A stretch of DNA of 64,000 nt, from assembly GCA_036172245.1 (NCBI GenBank), contig JAYWIR010000139.1, positions 1-64,000 on the forward strand. The letters are read 5' to 3'. Positions 23,201-33,938 of the stretch are shown here, one piece after another; position 1 is the first letter of the stretch; every line of letters begins with the position of its first letter. A program made the translations under genes and the position numbers. The stretch is from Raillietiella orientalis (Eukaryota). Under the pieces are notes generated by a model. It made no database searches. It was not told the DNA's origin and was given only the letters and a program-made list of their open reading frames with translations.

Positions 23201-25812
23201 AGATCGGACAGATTGGTCAATGTGTCTCGAAAACCCTGAATGCGATTCCCTAGTTCGGTGCCGTGGAGGACGGGATCGATCGGCTTGTGACTTGCAGTTC
23301 GCCACACCAGTCCGAACTCTTCGGATAGCCGCCGATACGCCGTCCTTCCTCTGGCGTCTTGGTAATGAGTGATCTCATCCAATATGTTGAGATCACCAGC
23401 AACAATCACGACGTCCTTGGGGGCGACCTTTTCACGGAGTGCTGCATGCAGCGCCTCCGCACAACGATGTTTCAGCCTGTGCGGCCCGTACACGTTCACC
23501 AGGATGAGGTGAACAGTAGCGGACCAGGCCAGTCGCACGCCGATGATTCGTCCGGGTTGGGGACAGAACACTTCCAGAATAGTGGGGGCCAAGTTGTTCT
23601 TGATTAGGACCGCCACTCCCTGCGTGTTCCGTTCTCCCTCGCTGACGAAAATCTGCCCGTTGAATCGCCGTTCCATTCGCTGGCTTATCTCGAGACCCAT
23701 CCTGTGGGACTCCTGCAGGCACACGATGTCTTGTTGTGCGATGGTCCGCACAATCCTTCTTCTTTTTCCCTGGTCGACCACACCGTTTACGTTCCAGGAG
23801 GCGATGTTCAGCCTCCTAACGGTCGATTGGGAAGAGGTCATAAAAGGGGAAGACCTATTTCTTGGCCTTCCTGAGCTTCTTCTGTCTGCGAGAGCGTGCT
23901 CTTCCAGACGTCGAAGAAGCAGCGGGCTTCTCGCTGCCGGCGTCACTCTCCGTACCTGTGAGGTCGGTGATTTCCGCCTCCTCCGTAGAGTGTTCCGCCT
24001 GCGCGATCAATTTTCGAGATAGCGCCTCTATTTCGACCTTGGCGCAGAAGTTCGCCTTCACGTCGAGAAGCTGTTCCTCTGACTTCTCGCGTTCAGCGAC
24101 CTCCACCACCTGGTTGATGTTCTCTTGTGCAGTGCAGATCTTCTGCAAGATTTTCTCTTGCTGAGGACCGCTCTGCACCTCCATGATCTCCTCCGCCAGT
24201 GTTGCCAACTCCTCCGTAGTCTGCAGAGCCTCCTGCGACACTTTAGTGGCTTCCTGTCTCTCCTCCTTCGCGCCTTCCTGCGCTACCTCCATCTTCTCGC
24301 CTTCCTGCTCTGCTGCTTCCAGGATTTGAGGAGTTCCTTGCTCCTTGACGAGCATCCTCCTCTTTCCCTTCTTTCCCACTTCTATGAAGCCGTCCGCCGA
24401 CACCGGGACAGCTTCTTTCACTTTTTTTCTGCCTTCCTGCCTTCTGAGGCTGTTCGGCCTCCTTGATGTTTCTCTCTCTTACGGGAGAGAGACCTCGAAT
24501 CCTTCTGCAGTTTTCAAACTCCGGACAGCTCCATTTCGCATGTCCGTGTTTCTTGCAGAAGGAGCACACCTCCGGATGCGGGCAGTTTCGGACTTGATGT
24601 CCTACTTTGCCGCAGCGGAAACAACGACACGTTGGTCAAGAGCCGGCCCTGTGACCGAACTGCTTGCACCCGGTGCAGAATACTGGTTGTTGCCGGTAGC
24701 GCACGTTCACTCCCTGCGATTGTTCGTCAATAACGGTTAATCCAGGGATCACCGCTCCCTCCCTCAACTTCATCTTGGCGATCATGTCGCCAGAAAATAT
24801 GTTTCCAGAGAAGTTCTGGAAATCAAGGTCCAGAACTTCCCCAAACTGCTCCAAGTAATTCCACACCGCTAGTTGCGGTGTGAGGATGGAGATGCCGTTT
24901 AAAAAGACGGTTGTGTATGGCATCTCGCCAATACCACAAACCATCCGTCCTTGTATATTGATCCCCTTCTGGATCAATCGGTCTCTAATGTTTTCACAGT
25001 CTGTAAAGACTGTGAACCCGTTGTTTGATGGAATGATCGCCTGAATGCGATCAAAGTCTATGTCCGTCTTGTCGAGGGACAAATAGACCTCCCTGATGTT
25101 ATTAAATTTTATTAGCCCCGTCTTGAAGATAATGGGCTTCACGTTGGGGCCTATTTCCACTATTGGTCGGTCCACTTTTAGTACTTTTCCGCTAAGCGGC
25201 TTACCGAATTTCCTAGGTGGGTGGACACTCGCCTGTCCAGCCGCCACCGACGCATAAGAAAAGGGCTGCGACGCCGCAGCCGAACAAGATGGCGTCGCTC
25301 CCTGCACCGCGTGGACGCCCGCGGGTCCCGCCTGGGACGCCGCCGCCGCGGGCTCAAACCTCGTGGTTGCCGCCTTTACCGCCGCGGGCGGCACCCTCGG
25401 CATCGCAGCCGCCGGCGCGACCTTCTTCGCCGCGGGCACGATCCTCGGCGTCGCCGCCGCGGGCCCGACCTCCGCCGTCGTCGCCGCGGGCACGACCCTT
25501 GGCATCGCCGCCGCCGGCGCAGCAAAGCCCGCCGCGGGCGCGATCCTCGGCATGCCTGCCACCGCCTCGCCGTTGCCGCACGTTACCTCCATGGCTTCCA
25601 TGTGGGACGACGGTCTCTCCACTCCTACTCTAGGTGCCTGCATCCAGGCAGCTGGTCTTGCTGCACGGGACCACTGCAGGTCTTTTGCCGCGATCTCCTC
25701 GCCGCTTCTTTTTTTTTGTTTCTTCTGGAAAACTTCCCCTCTCCGGGCACACACGAGCACAATGAACTGATTAAGTTGTCAAGCGCACAATACTTCTAGC
25801 CGCGGAGCAAGT
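20203..25812 (-). mobile_element. Family B copy B3, full-length, both ORFs broken
   Basis: Collinear with B1 and B2. It is followed by TCACCGACTCGGCAGG (25813-25828) and then C2 ORF1 resumes. Confidence 0.92.
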
Positions 25813-25950
25813 TCACCGACTCGGCAGGAGAGGTGCAATCTCCCGACTGTCAAGAAGGTGACTCCGTTGCCGTTTTTTAAAGGCGTAGCGAAAGCAACGC
25901 CCCCAGAGAACGCAGCGCAAATCCCGGAGGTTTCCGCAACTACTGTCGCG

Positions 25951-27659
25951 GAATTAGGTAGGGTGACAGCTTAAGCCCGCTGCTCTTCAGCATCTATTTT
26001 GAATTGGTGCTGGAGGCTTACAGGCTGACGCTAGCCAACCTGCCGAGCTCCTGTCCAGGTACGCCGGCCGTGGCAGCCTATGCCGACGACTTGCTTCTCC
26101 TGTTGCCCATTTCCACCCCGGCGACATCCCTTGAAGACTTCTTTGAGTTGATTCGTCGCGGTGCGGGCGTGAGCGTTAACAGGAGTAAGTGTATGGTTGT
26201 TCCGGTGGGTGCGACGTGGGAGGGGCAGTCCGACTGGATCGACCTGGGGATCCCCACGGGCAGGTACCTCAGGTACCTTGGCGTGCCGTTGGGCGACTTC
26301 TGCATCTCAGAAGCGTGGTCGGACTGCCTTCTTAAGGCAGAGCGTGCACTTGGCCCGTTTTCAGGAGGCGAGTTCGTTTTGCCGGAACGGGCCTGCATCT
26401 GGAACACCTTCGTTGCCCCCCTCCTCCGCCCCCTGTTTTTTGTTTGTCCACCCCCCCAGGAAGTCAAAGTCTGGGCGCAGCGCCTTCTACGCAAAGCGTT
26501 GTGGGGCGCTGCAAGATCCCGTGTTAGTCTTAAAGACTTGGTGGCGCCGCGTCAGGATGCAGGCTTGGGCATCCTCGACTTAAACAGCATCGAACTGCAG
26601 GTGCAGTTTCGCATGCTGCGGCTCTGTGCCAAGCTGTGGGGTACGCCGTGGTGCTTACCCGCACGCCTTATACTGAGGCGCTGCACGGGAAGCGAGGGAC
26701 TGCTTTCGTTGCTACCCCACTTTCGGCACACCAGAATAGGGTTTGGCTTCCCGCTGAGGCAGCTGTCCTCACTGCTGGAAGCCCAAAGCTGGATCTCCTG
26801 CCGCCCCATGAACATTAATGCATGGCGGCACGAATCTTTTTCATCGTGGGCAGCTTCCGAAGGAACGCGCCCGGAAGATCTTCGACGCCTGCGACTTCTC
26901 CTCAGTCATCAAATGGACGAAGTCATGCAGGACAAGAAGTTGTCGGATCGTCTGGCCGCCACACCACTCGCCGTAGCGCTGTCTGCTTTCAGGGCAAGCA
27001 ACGACGGTTGCCTACCGGCGGAATGGGAGTTCTCCTGCAAAATAGCGGGAGTCAGTAAGCTCCTCGGCAGCTGGACGACAAAGGAGCTGGTGCAAGCCGC
27101 CACACCTCGGAATCGGGCGAAGGGACTGCTTCGGTGGAGCGAACATTTAAGTGTGCCCCCCGGAGAGATAGTGGTTCTTCCCGTTTGTTTGGACAGCTCC
27201 GTGTTCCCCCTTAAGTGGAAACAAGATGTGCTGCTCTTTTTACATTGTGCATTTCACTGTAATAGGCAGCGAAGCATCGTTTCCGGTGGAGCTGCTTTGC
27301 CAAACTGTTTAAGGTGCGGAGAGATCGAGTCTCTTCCGCACCTTTTGCTGGACTGCGGTGACCTCCGGGAACTGTGGCGAAGGCTCACTTCGGCCATCAT
27401 GCCACAAGGAGGCACTGCCATTGATGTGCTGCGGCGCTTCTTCAGCAGAAATGGACTTTCGGTTGGCGCGATTGTCGCAAACATGTGTTGCGTACGCGCC
27501 ATCGTGAAGGCCCCCTACGCCCTGGAGTTTTCATCGCAGCGAAGGGAGGCTCACCTGCTTGCAGCTCAATTCATAAAGAAGGCTTCAAGGTGGTCTCATC
27601 TTCGTGACAAGGTGAATGAGGACATCACCGGCATACATCGCCGGTTTACACACCTTTGA
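25951..27659 (+). pseudogene. C2 ORF2 remnant (C-terminal half of RT plus zinc finger)
   Basis: Motifs GDSLSPLLF, YADD, RYLG and CLRCGEIESLPHLLLDC. Collinear with C3 at about 61610-63314. Confidence 0.9.
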
Positions 27660-28011
27660 GAACGGCGTAATCCGGTGACCCCTGCGACCTCTCGCCCATC
27701 CATACCCCGTCCCCGTTCGCTCGGTAAAATTTCCGGTGCCCATGCTTTTATCCCCGTGTCTTCCAGAGAGATCCCAAAGACCCTTATGTCCCTATTCATT
27801 ATTGTTTTTATTTTATTTTGGTGTCTTTGTGTTTCCCGCCTCCCCACACCGTTCACAAAACTGTTACTCTAGCCTGCGTGCCAGCAATATTCTCTTTATT
27901 CTTGTTCAGTCGTCGGTTGGGAGTTTGGTTCCCAACTGGTTTATTTTGTATAATTGCTTTTTTTTTGGTTATGTTATATGGAATAAACGCCCCGGCGTGA
28001 CCGGGTGAGAA

Positions 28012-28682
28012 ATCTCCTGCGCTTGTTCTGCAGACATCACATGGATCTCCTGCAGCAGCGCAAGGTCGAACGATCCTAGAATGGCGGCCATGTCTGGTCT
28101 CCTGCCGGCGTCTGTCATGCCGTTCACGTTCCAAACGGCGATGCGCAGACGACGGCGGAAGGAGATTCCCGGCATTACTGCCTAGAAGATGACATTGTGG
28201 GGGAACCCGCCTCTTCCGAGGCGGGTGAGATGACCATTAGGGTTTCGGCCTCCTCAGGCACCTTAAATACCTTTCCCGCTTCAACCTCCTCCATCTTCTC
28301 CGTGTGTGTGCGTGGTGGTCTCTCGGGTGACGATTCGCGGGATTCTACCACGCTCATGGCACCCTCGCCTTCCGAAGTCATCTTTAAGCCTTCGGACTGG
28401 AGAAGGGCTTTCCGGGGTTTGCTTGACTTCCTTCCAGCCTTTCGGTGGGGTGCAGCGGAGATGGAAGCTTTGTTACCGGCCTGCGCTTCGGGGTCGGAAT
28501 TTGCCGACTCCTCGGTGGAGGGCGGACGCCTAACTGCCTTTTGCTAGCCTTGGAGGGGTCTCGCTGCAACGATGCAGCCAGCTTCTCTGCCGCACGCTCG
28601 AAGGCGGCGTCATCGATCACGGTCTCGATTACGGACGCTCCGCCGGTTTCCTCCCCATGCTGTTGACATTTTCAACAGTGGA
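28012..28682 (-). pseudogene. A1 ORF1 C-terminus and ORF2 N-terminus, joined by TAATG at 28173-28177
   Basis: ORF1 reads IDDAAFERAAEKLAASLQ...SSRQ*; ORF2 reads MPGISFRRRLRIAVWNVNG...LLQEIHV. Confidence 0.85.
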
Positions 28683-31600
28683 TTTTTTAGACCCGGGTGA
28701 GCCGGGGCTTTTATTATTAAAATTTTTTCAAAATACACAAAAACATTTCATATTGATACACAAAAACATTTCATATTGACACACAAAAACATTTCATAGT
28801 GTGTTTGTTTTTTTTGTACTTGTTGTTCTTGTTTTTAAGTCGGAACATATGGCCCGAATGTCTTCCGGCACTTGTCCTTGCCAACCCGAAGGCCGATAAG
28901 GTCCTCTATACTCGCGTAGGGGCAAGGAAAACCAAAAATTAAAAAGAAAAAAAAAGAAAACGCCTAAGGGGGCAATGTTATTCGAAAGGGGGAGGGAAGG
29001 GAAGGAATCACGGTACGCCGTGAGGAGGCCTCAGCATCCGGTCACCGATGCGAACGAGTGCTTGTAAGTGTTTTCCAAGTCGGCGCCAACCGCAGGCCTT
29101 ATCCAAGGAGATGGTTGCCCAGTGGATAGCATTCCGACTGGCATGTCCTCTCCTTGACGCGGTTTTCTTGTCCAGTATTCCGCGTTTGCAAAAGAGCACT
29201 GCGACACACGGAAGCTGGCAAGGCGTCCCGCATCACGAGTCAGAAGATGTTCTTCGGGTTGCCCCGGGGAATGTTCAAGATCGACGATAGTCGGTCAAAC
29301 ATATCGCTTAGAGCAACGCACTCAATGATCAAGTGAGGTAAGGTTTCTCTTTCCCCACAGTCTGTGCAATTAGCATCCACACTCTCCGATGTCCAGTGAG
29401 ACAAGCGCGCTCTGCTTAAAAGTCCCCAATGGAGCAGAAGCAACGCCGTCTCCTGCCACTGCAGGGGAAGGGTGCCGTTATCCCACGACGCCGGGGGCCA
29501 CTTCACCTTCTTCGGAGGTACTTCGAGCAGCGCGCTCCAGCGTGAAAGTCCCTTCAACGGGACACTCGCGGTACTATCCTCTGCTCGTTCCCTGGATGTC
29601 CATGCCTTCAATAATTATTTCCTGCCTTTGATGATGCAGAACACTTCCCACGATGCCTCCTGCTGGCTGTTCCGAACTTCCCTAAGGGAGGGCAGCACCG
29701 GGGAAAGAGGGGTAAAGGAGGCCCACAGAATCTTCCGTGGGCTGCTAACGATCTCCTGCAGTGGCTGATCAGCGTGCCTGCCTCTACGGAGGCAGGAGAA
29801 GTCCTCATCGCTACGGCTGTTGATTTTAGCCCATGCGGAAACGGTTTCCTGGAGCCAGGTAGTCCAGTCCACTGGGATGCAGGAGAACCACGGATTGTCT
29901 CTCAACAGGGCAACCAACTCTTGCAGCTGAAAACCACAGTGGCTGAGGCTGCGGTCGTTGGCTACTAGGATTGAGGTCAATCCATGGCAGCCGGTTGCCC
30001 TGTGAGCCAGGAGTCGTAAAGGTGCACACCAGGGTGCGGTCCAGTACTTTGCCACAAGGGCAAGTTTGCGGAATTGGAGCTATCGCTCCATGCGCTCCAG
30101 CGTCAGGAGACCAGCTCCGCCGTCCCTGAATGGAGCGCACAAGTCTTTAAGACGGACGCGGGGCCTCCGATTGCCCCAGAGGGCTTTTCTAATGAGGCCC
30201 CTTGTCCTTTGTCGAATTTAAGGAGGTATGGCACATACATAAAGTAGGGGGCGGAAAAGGGGGGCCGCAAAAGCGTTCCACACCGCAACCCGTTCCTGCA
30301 AGTAAAACTTGCTGTCCCGGAACGGGCCGATCGCCAACTCCACCTTTTGGAGACGGTCGAACCACGCTTCTGCAGCGCAGAAGTCCCCAAACGGAACGCC
30401 CAGGTACTTGATGTACCCGCCTGTGGGGATCCCCAAGCGGATCCAGTCCGACCGTGCTGCCCGCGACGAGTCCGGAGACATGATTGACGACTTCGCCCTG
30501 TTTACCTCGAAGTCCGTCCCACGCCTCAGCAACTCAAAAAAATCTTCGAGCGCCGATGCCGGGGTGGATCCGTGAAACAGAAGCCAAAGGTCGTCGGCAT
30601 AAGCCGACACGGCAAACGTGCAGGACAAGAGCTCGGCACCAACTCGAAGTAGATGCTGAAGAGCAGGGGGCTCAGGCTGTCACCCTGCAGAATGTTGCAA
30701 CGAACCAGCACGCCGTACACATGCCGGTTGCTAAATTTGATGTTAATTAGCGCAAAGCGCCAGCAGGAACGCAGGTACGCCAGGAAGACGGCAGGGAAAC
30801 TTAAGCGTTTTAGGAGCTCCAGAAGAAGCTCCAGAAGGAGCTCCTGGGTGACGCAATCGAAAGCTTTACGCAAATCGACTGCAACCGCAATGGCTCCGGG
30901 CGCCGCATCCTCTCCCTGGCTTCCCTCCCCCAGGTTATTAAAGAGTCCAGGACTTTACCGACCTAGCCGAGCCTCGCGTTGTTGCAACTGCTAAAAGGTT
31001 CCGGCGAGGAACAGGTTGGCCTCCACGGTTCTTCCGGGAACAGCGTAAGTCTGTTCCGGACTGACCACGGATTCCGCTACCCGTCCCAGACGCTCAGCCC
31101 AGAATTTCAAGAGCAACTTTGCGTCCGCATTCACCACAGTGATGGAACGCCAGTTGCCAAAGTTGCGCAAGTCTCCTCCCTTAGGTAGGAGACGTTCTCT
31201 AGCTGACTGGAACGAATTGGGGACAACCCCGCGTTCAAGGATTGGCAAACACAATTTGAGCACCAGGGAAGCCAACTCTGCCGCAAATTGTTGGTAGAAT
31301 TCAGCTGGAAGGCCGTCTTCCTCTGGTGCTTTGTTCTTTTCCAGTTTTTCGATGGCGAAGACAATCTCCGCCATCGTAAATACCAGTTGAACGTTGTGAG
31401 GTTCCTCCCCCCTTAACGCGAAGGCACCCTTTGGCAGCAGACTCTGCGCAAAAAAGCGCTCTGGTGTTCTATTTGCGTAAAGAGAGGAGCAGATATCTCG
31501 CAAAATGCGGCAAACCTGCGCTGGAGATAAGTGCTCTTGGCCTTCTTCGTCAAGTAAGCAGACAGACAAGAATTACCAGACCAGCCTCTCAGCTCCAACC

Positions 31601-31686
31601 TTGAACTTCGCCAGGCGATTGACGTCGCGCTTGTAGGAGAATCGCCGGGCGTGGAGATAGTTCCGGTCATTCCTCAAGCCTTCGCG
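28683..31686 (-). mobile_element. Family G copy, 5'-truncated and decayed (APE-RT linker, RT, zinc finger, 3' UTR); inserted sense into A1 ORF1
   Basis: Motifs KAPEEDGLPAEFY, QGDSLSP, YADD and CTDCGERETLPHLIIEC. 3' end AATAAAAGCCCCGGCTCACCCGGGTCTAAAAAA. Confidence 0.85.
28733..28801. repeat. Tandem repeat, 3 x 23 bp (ATACACAAAAACATTTCATATTG), in the G 3' UTR
   Basis: Two identical units and a third with two substitutions. Confidence 0.9.
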
Positions 31687-33243
31687 ACCAGCCCGTTCCT
31701 GGAAGGCAAGTTTCACTTGCCGGAACGGGCCGCGGTTAGGAACGCCTTCGCGGCCCCCATCCTCCGCCCCTTGCTTTTTGTTTGCCCCGCCCCCGTGGAA
31801 TCAAAAAAGCAGACGAAAGACCTCTTCCGCATAGCTCTTTGGGGCAAGGGGAGGCCCCGAGTCCCTTTGAAGGACTTGTGCGCTCCGCGTCGGGACGGCG
31901 GTCTCAGCATCCTGACGCTGGAGCGCGTGGAAATCCAGCTGCAATGGCGGACCCTCGCCATCGCAGCGAAGATGTGGAGCACCGCTTGGTGCATTCCGGC
32001 CCGCCTCCTGGCCAGGCGTGTGTCTCGCTACGAAAGACTCGCATCGTTTCTTCTGTGCCCTGGACGGAAGATTCGAAGATGCGGTCTACTGCTCGGCCGC
32101 ATGGCAACCCTGGCAAAGGAGAACGACTGGATGGTTTGTATACTTGCCAACTCCTCCGCTTGGCTGGAAGAGACTGCTGGCACATGGGCCAAGCAGAACC
32201 AGAGCAGCGCAGACCGGATGAACTGCCTGCGAGTCGGCTTTTACGCCCGCCGCACTTTTCGTGAAATTCTTGAATTTCCACGGAGTTACGCGTGGGCGGA
32301 AGGCACACCCCTTGTTACAGCGATTCCCTTTCTCCAAAGGGCGCTTCACGAAAGCCGGAAGCCAAGGTGGCAAGTCTGCTGCCGTATCGTAGGCAGAGAG
32401 AAGATGATGAGCGGCTGGACCATGGGAGAGTTGACAGATGCAACGACCCCTAGTCTTCAGCCGCGTGGATTAAGAAGATGGAGCGAGGTGCTCGGCATTC
32501 GATTGGATGACCTGAAGTGGCCCCCTGTTCTACTTGGATCCAGGATTCTCCCCCTGAAGTGGCAAGAATCGGCGCTTCTGTGGCTGCATTGGGGTCTACC
32601 CTGCAACGCGCGCCGCTTCCACTGGACGCGGGGAAGAGTAAATCCTGCGTGTGCCAGATGTGGGGAGCGGGAGTCGCTCCACCACCTCTTAGTTGAATGC
32701 CTTGCCGTCCAGATTCTTTGAGATCGTCTGAAAACGGCCCTCCGGATACCGGATGGTGGCAATGTTGGATGTGTCTTCAGTCTTGTCTTCGTGCGGGACG
32801 CCCTCAGTCCAGCCGCAGCCCAGGAAGCACTTTGCTGCATTCGTGGTATCGTGGCGGCCTGGAGTGATGCCGAAGATGAAGACTGCATCGTGAGGGACGT
32901 CATCGAGTATGCTTCTCGCTTCCTACAGAGAGCTACCCGATGGCCCCATCTAGGAAAGCTGAAAATGGAACTAGAAGGCATCCTGCAAATGATGGGCGCT
33001 CCCCGCTGTTTTCTGTGATCCCTTCCCGGCCCTCCAAACTTTTTTTTGTGGTTTGTTTTTCTCTTTTATATTATTTTTGTTTTTACCCCCATCCCCCTCC
33101 ACTGCCGAAGAGAGCCACACCGGGCTGCGTCCCGGTGTGCCGGCAGTTCCGGTATTGCGTGGCCGTCAGTGGGGCCTTGTACCACGTTCTGTATTGAGCG
33201 ATGAAATGTTTTTAATAAACGTCCCTTCGTATCCGGGTGGCAA
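31687..33243 (+). mobile_element. Family H copy H1, 5'-truncated (post-RT region, zinc finger, 3' UTR)
   Basis: Translates PFLEGKFHLPER...CARCGERESLHHLLVEC. Near-identical to about 46675-48221. Ends AATAAACGTCCCTTCGTATCCGGGTGGCAA. Confidence 0.88.
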
Positions 33244-33938
33244 CGCCGCCAGCCTTGAAGCGCGAATGGCTGGTGGACGCGGACGTGCGAAAGGCGCATC
33301 TGAGAGCAGGGGACTTCAACGTCCGCATGCTCATAGATCAGCCCGGAGCACAGAGGAACGCGATCAACGAGTTCTGCGCCGCCATGCGCGCGCGCAACTT
33401 GTTGACAGAAATACACGCGATGGTCAGCAGCGTGGACCACGTCTTCCTCGACGAAGACCTGTGCACACGTGTCGGAAAACGAGGGACAGTTGGATCGACG
33501 CTGTCGGACCATTCCCGGTTATTATTCGAGATGCGCCGCGCGATAAGGGACCGCCATCCAGGGATTGGCGCATGCCAGGGGACTGGACGAGCCTGTCAGG
33601 AGCGAAAGAACATCTTCACGAATTCCTGCGAGGCGTCACCCTCCAGAGTCTCGCGGATTGTGACCTATTTAAGGACTCGGCCCGTGAGTTCTGCGAACAG
33701 TTTCCTGTGCAACGTCTGCCCTGGGTATTCGGCGTTGTCATCCGGGTACGCCCGAAGCGTTTATTTGTAAACTCTACATGCGTGGTACGAGGCCCCACCA
33801 CGGCTGTAAACACGCGACCTGTCGGGACACCGGGACGCAGCCCGGCGTGGCACTCCCCGACAGCGAAGGGGGATGGGGATAAGACAAAAAGAAAAATAAA
33901 AAGAAACAAACAAAAAGAAGTTGGAGGGCGGAAAGGGA

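Larger units (their letters stand above)
7576..28011 (+). mobile_element. Family C copy C2 (own sequence 7576-8933 and 25813-28011), host of the B triple, internally deleted
   Basis: 5' end AGTGCAGACGTGTTTCC; 3' end AATAAACGCCCCGGCGTGACCGGGTGAGAA. TSD ATCTCCTGCGCTCGTAC (7559-7575) and ATCTCCTGCGCTTGTTC (28012-28028). Confidence 0.88.
3929..28682 (-). mobile_element. Family A copy A1 (own sequence 3929-7575 and 28012-28682), split by C2 and cut in ORF1 by G
   Basis: 3' end AATAAACGTCATGGCGCACCCGGGTTTCAA. The APE frame LQEIHVMSAEQAQEI (about 28012-28060) resumes as AQEIERISGGQLL below 7570. A 17-bp TSD flanks C2. Confidence 0.85.

Noticed and set aside
8934..25828. B array as an LTR retrotransposon, or the RTs as retron, DGR or group II intron enzymes
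   Set aside because: The repeats are whole elements, not LTRs. There are no protease, RNase H or integrase motifs. The APE-RT-zinc finger ORF2 with a gag-like ORF1 is diagnostic of non-LTR elements.
28733..28801. 23-bp repeats as a CRISPR array
   Set aside because: The units are contiguous with no spacers, there are no cas genes, and the context is a eukaryotic LINE UTR.
30823..30846. 12-bp tandem duplication in G (and an 11-bp one at about 56953-56973 in B4) as TSD footprints
   Set aside because: There is no intervening element; simple slippage duplications in decayed copies explain them.
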